Positions 62,185 to 64,000 of a stretch of 64,000 nt of DNA are shown piece by piece (the stretch's first letter is position 1; each line of letters opens with the position of its first letter). A program made the position numbers and the translations under genes. The stretch spans positions 174,806-238,805 of the forward strand of contig JAXLZA010000011.1 in assembly GCA_046351135.1 (NCBI GenBank). The letters are read 5' to 3'. The DNA is from Myxococcota bacterium. GTDB taxonomy: Bacteria; Myxococcota_A; UBA9160; UBA4427. The notes beneath the pieces are model-generated. The model did not search any database and was not told where the DNA came from. It worked only from the letters and a program-made list of their open reading frames with translations.

Positions 62185-64000
62185 CTAGCGGACCGGCTCC
62201 CCCGCCGCGATCGCGCGGAACGGCGCCGGGACGCCCTCCCGCGCGACGATCGCCCGCCCGAGCGCGAGGGAGGCTTCCTGGGTGAGATGGCCCGTGTCGT
62301 AGTAGAGCGCGCGGCCGTCGGCGTCGAAGGCGGAGCAGGTCCCCTCGCGGCAGAGGGCCTCGGTGACGTCGTAGTAGGCGACGTTCGGCACCGTCGCCGC
62401 GAAGGCGCGCAGGCGCTCGTTCATCGCGGCGATCTCCGGGAGCACCGGCGAGGTCCAGCGCGGACACACGAGCCCCGGATAGCGGAGCGCCTTCTCGCGG
62501 CAGCGGCGATCGTAGCCGGGGATCTCCGGGATCTTCCCGAGCACGACGACCTGCTTGCCCTCCCCGGCGAGCCGCCGGATCGTCGCCTGCGCGTCGGCGA
62601 AGAGGCGCTCCGTGTCCTCGTAGCGGATCCACGAGACGGCGAGGACGACGACGGGATAGGTCTCGACCACCGGTCGCACGAGGGCGAGGGAGGCGCGGCA
62701 ATCTTTGAGGCGATGGGGCAGCACGAGGGGCGCGGGATCCCCGTCGATCGCGGGACAGGCCCCGACCGCGACGTTGCGGAATCGGAAGCCCGCCGCCTCC
62801 GCGAAGGCCTGCAGCACGCCGACGTAGTGGGCGGCGTTCGAGTCGCCCCAGAGGATCGCCCGCGGCGGCGCCTCGCCCTTCGCCCCGACGACGCAGACGG
62901 GATCCTCGAGGAGCGCAGGCGTCGCGAGCTGGCGCTGACAGACCGACGGAAAGTGGAACGGCGGCAGCACCTGCTGCTGCATCGCCGCGAGCGACGCCCG
63001 GTACTCCGCGTCCCGGGCCTGCAGCCCGTAGCCGTCGAGGCGCATCGCGACGACGGCGAGCAGCACGAGCGCCCCACCCGGCAGCCCGTACTGCAACAGA
63101 AAGACCCGCGAGAAGGGCCACGACACGTGGCGCGCCGGCTGCTCGACGAAGCGGTAGGTCGCCCAGGCCAGGACGAAGGTCAGCGCGAAGACCGCCATCC
63201 CCGCGAGCGGCCCGAAGTCGGGGTGGCCGTAGCGCAGGAACGCGAGCAGCGGCCAGTGCCAGAGATAGGCCGAGTAGGAGAGCAGCCCGATCCAGACCAT
63301 CGGCCGCAGCGCGAGCAGGCGCGAGAGGCGGCCCGGGGCGAAGTGGCCCGCGAGGATCACGAGCGTCGTGCCGGCGGTGGGCGGAATCGCGCGCAGCCCG
63401 GGGAAGACGTCGCGCTCGGAGAGCCCGAACAGGCTCGCCCCGATCGCCGCGAGACCGAGCCAGGCGAGGCCACTCAGCGCGGCGCGCCCCGCCTTCGACT
63501 CGAGCGCGGGGATCGCGCTGGCTCGCGTCGTCGCGAGCGCACCGAGCGCCCCGAACATCAGCTCCCCCGCCCGGGTCGGGAGCATGTAGTAGACGAAGGA
63601 CGGGGAGCGCGTGAAGAAGAGCTCGCCCGCCGCGAACGAGAGGAGCGCGACGGCGCCGATCGCGATCGCGAAGCCCCGGCGCCGGCCCGGGCGATAGAGC
63701 GCCGCGAGGAGCAGCGGCCAGACGAAGTAGAACTGCTCCTCGACGCCAAGGGACCAGAGCTGCAGGAAGGGCAGCTCGCCGCTGTCGTTCGCGAAGTAGC
63801 CGGTGTCCTGATAGAGCCAGAAATAGACGTTCGCGAGGGAGGCGAGCGCGAAGAGCGCCGACTTCGCCGCCGCCCGGGCATCGAGGGGCAGCATCACGAG
63901 CTGCGAGACGACGAGGGTCGCGGCGACGACGACGAGCAGCGCGGGGGCGATCCGCTTGATGCGCCGCCGATAGAACTCGACCAGCGAGAAGCGCCGCCCC
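62185..64000 (-). CDS. Acyltransferase-3 (OafA-type) membrane protein with C-terminal SGNH-like domain; 5' end outside the window
   Basis: The track ORF 62185..63897 stays open upstream to the window edge (..RRFSLVEFYRRRIKRIAPALLVVVAATLVVSQLVMLPLD..). Multiple TM segments (WSLGVEEQFYFVWPLL, LLSYSAYLWHWPLLAF). C-terminal ILWGDSNAAHY...YYDTGHLT. Confidence 0.85.
   Translation of the reverse strand, partial: GRRFSLVEFYRRRIKRIAPALLVVVAATLVVSQLVMLPLDARAAAKSALFALASLANVYFWLYQDTGYFANDSGELPFLQLWSLGVEEQFYFVWPLLLAALYRPGRRRGFAIAIGAVALLSFAAGELFFTRSPSFVYYMLPTRAGELMFGALGALATTRASAIPALESKAGRAALSGLAWLGLAAIGASLFGLSERDVFPGLRAIPPTAGTTLVILAGHFAPGRLSRLLALRPMVWIGLLSYSAYLWHWPLLAFLRYGHPDFGPLAGMAVFALTFVLAWATYRFVEQPARHVSWPFSRVFLLQYGLPGGALVLLAVVAMRLDGYGLQARDAEYRASLAAMQQQVLPPFHFPSVCQRQLATPALLEDPVCVVGAKGEAPPRAILWGDSNAAHYVGVLQAFAEAAGFRFRNVAVGACPAIDGDPAPLVLPHRLKDCRASLALVRPVVETYPVVVLAVSWIRYEDTERLFADAQATIRRLAGEGKQVVVLGKIPEIPGYDRRCREKALRYPGLVCPRWTSPVLPEIAAMNERLRAFAATVPNVAYYDVTEALCREGTCSAFDADGRALYYDTGHLTQEASLALGRAIVAREGVPAPFRAIAAGEPVR

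Noticed and set aside
62173-62190. GCCCGGGC palindrome between the convergent ADH and acyltransferase genes, considered as a terminator
   Set aside because: It is an 8-nt perfect palindrome with no loop, in an 8-nt intergenic gap. That is too short to form a meaningful hairpin and is probably coincidental in GC-rich DNA.
1-64000. CRISPR arrays, tRNA/rRNA/tmRNA/RNase P genes, IS elements, integrases, toxin-antitoxin pairs or known defence genes
   Set aside because: I saw no regularly spaced repeats, no cloverleaf-like or conserved RNA motifs in the few non-coding gaps, and no ORF with transposase, integrase, nuclease-NTPase or small TA-like features. This cannot be excluded without Rfam/tRNAscan and HMM searches.

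Overview
High-GC (about 70 % by eye) bacterial chromosomal window, roughly 90 % coding. I call 54 protein-coding genes. The last runs off the 3' edge, and the window appears to open inside an operon. I found no rRNA or tRNA genes, no CRISPR array, no transposase, integrase or phage genes, and no long repeats. Left to right: (1) the tail of a chemosensory operon (cheY-cheB-cheR-cheX-HDOD-DUF1971); (2) envelope genes: a giant DUF748 protein, two head-to-head L,D-transpeptidase genes, an Lpp/OprI-like alanine-zipper lipoprotein and a PEP-CTERM protein; (3) a long run of oxidative and hydrolytic catabolic genes: four cytochrome P450s, two family-III CoA-transferases, amidohydrolases, two D-aminoacylase-type enzymes, hydantoinase A/B, three LLM-type oxidoreductases, SDRs, an amidase, an SMP-30 lactonase, a MopB molybdoenzyme and an IorAB-like oxidase. 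Two blocks of unknown function interrupt this run. Block (i), 33.2-38.8 kb, minus strand, is a tightly coupled operon: small membrane protein, DUF1592-type haem-c protein, Tat-exported DUF1552 protein, orphan Cys-rich lipoprotein, LLM oxidoreductase. Block (ii), 39.0-45.5 kb, is a deoxyhypusine-synthase-like gene convergent with a TRL-lipoprotein / 2OG-oxygenase-like / SGNH operon, followed by a CelD-like GNAT and an atypical kinase-fold protein. My best candidates for something new are these two blocks, the Lpp-like/Ldt locus (whose Ldt gene shows an apparent +1 frame switch at a G5 run) and the ATGA-coupled CoA-transferase/amidohydrolase/P450 operon. All family assignments come from motif recognition by eye; no database search was possible. 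Hand-indexed non-CDS coordinates may be off by 1 nt. Lineage guess (PEP-CTERM, DUF1552/DUF1592, P450-rich, high GC): an environmental Gram-negative such as Myxococcota or Binatota. This is inference only.
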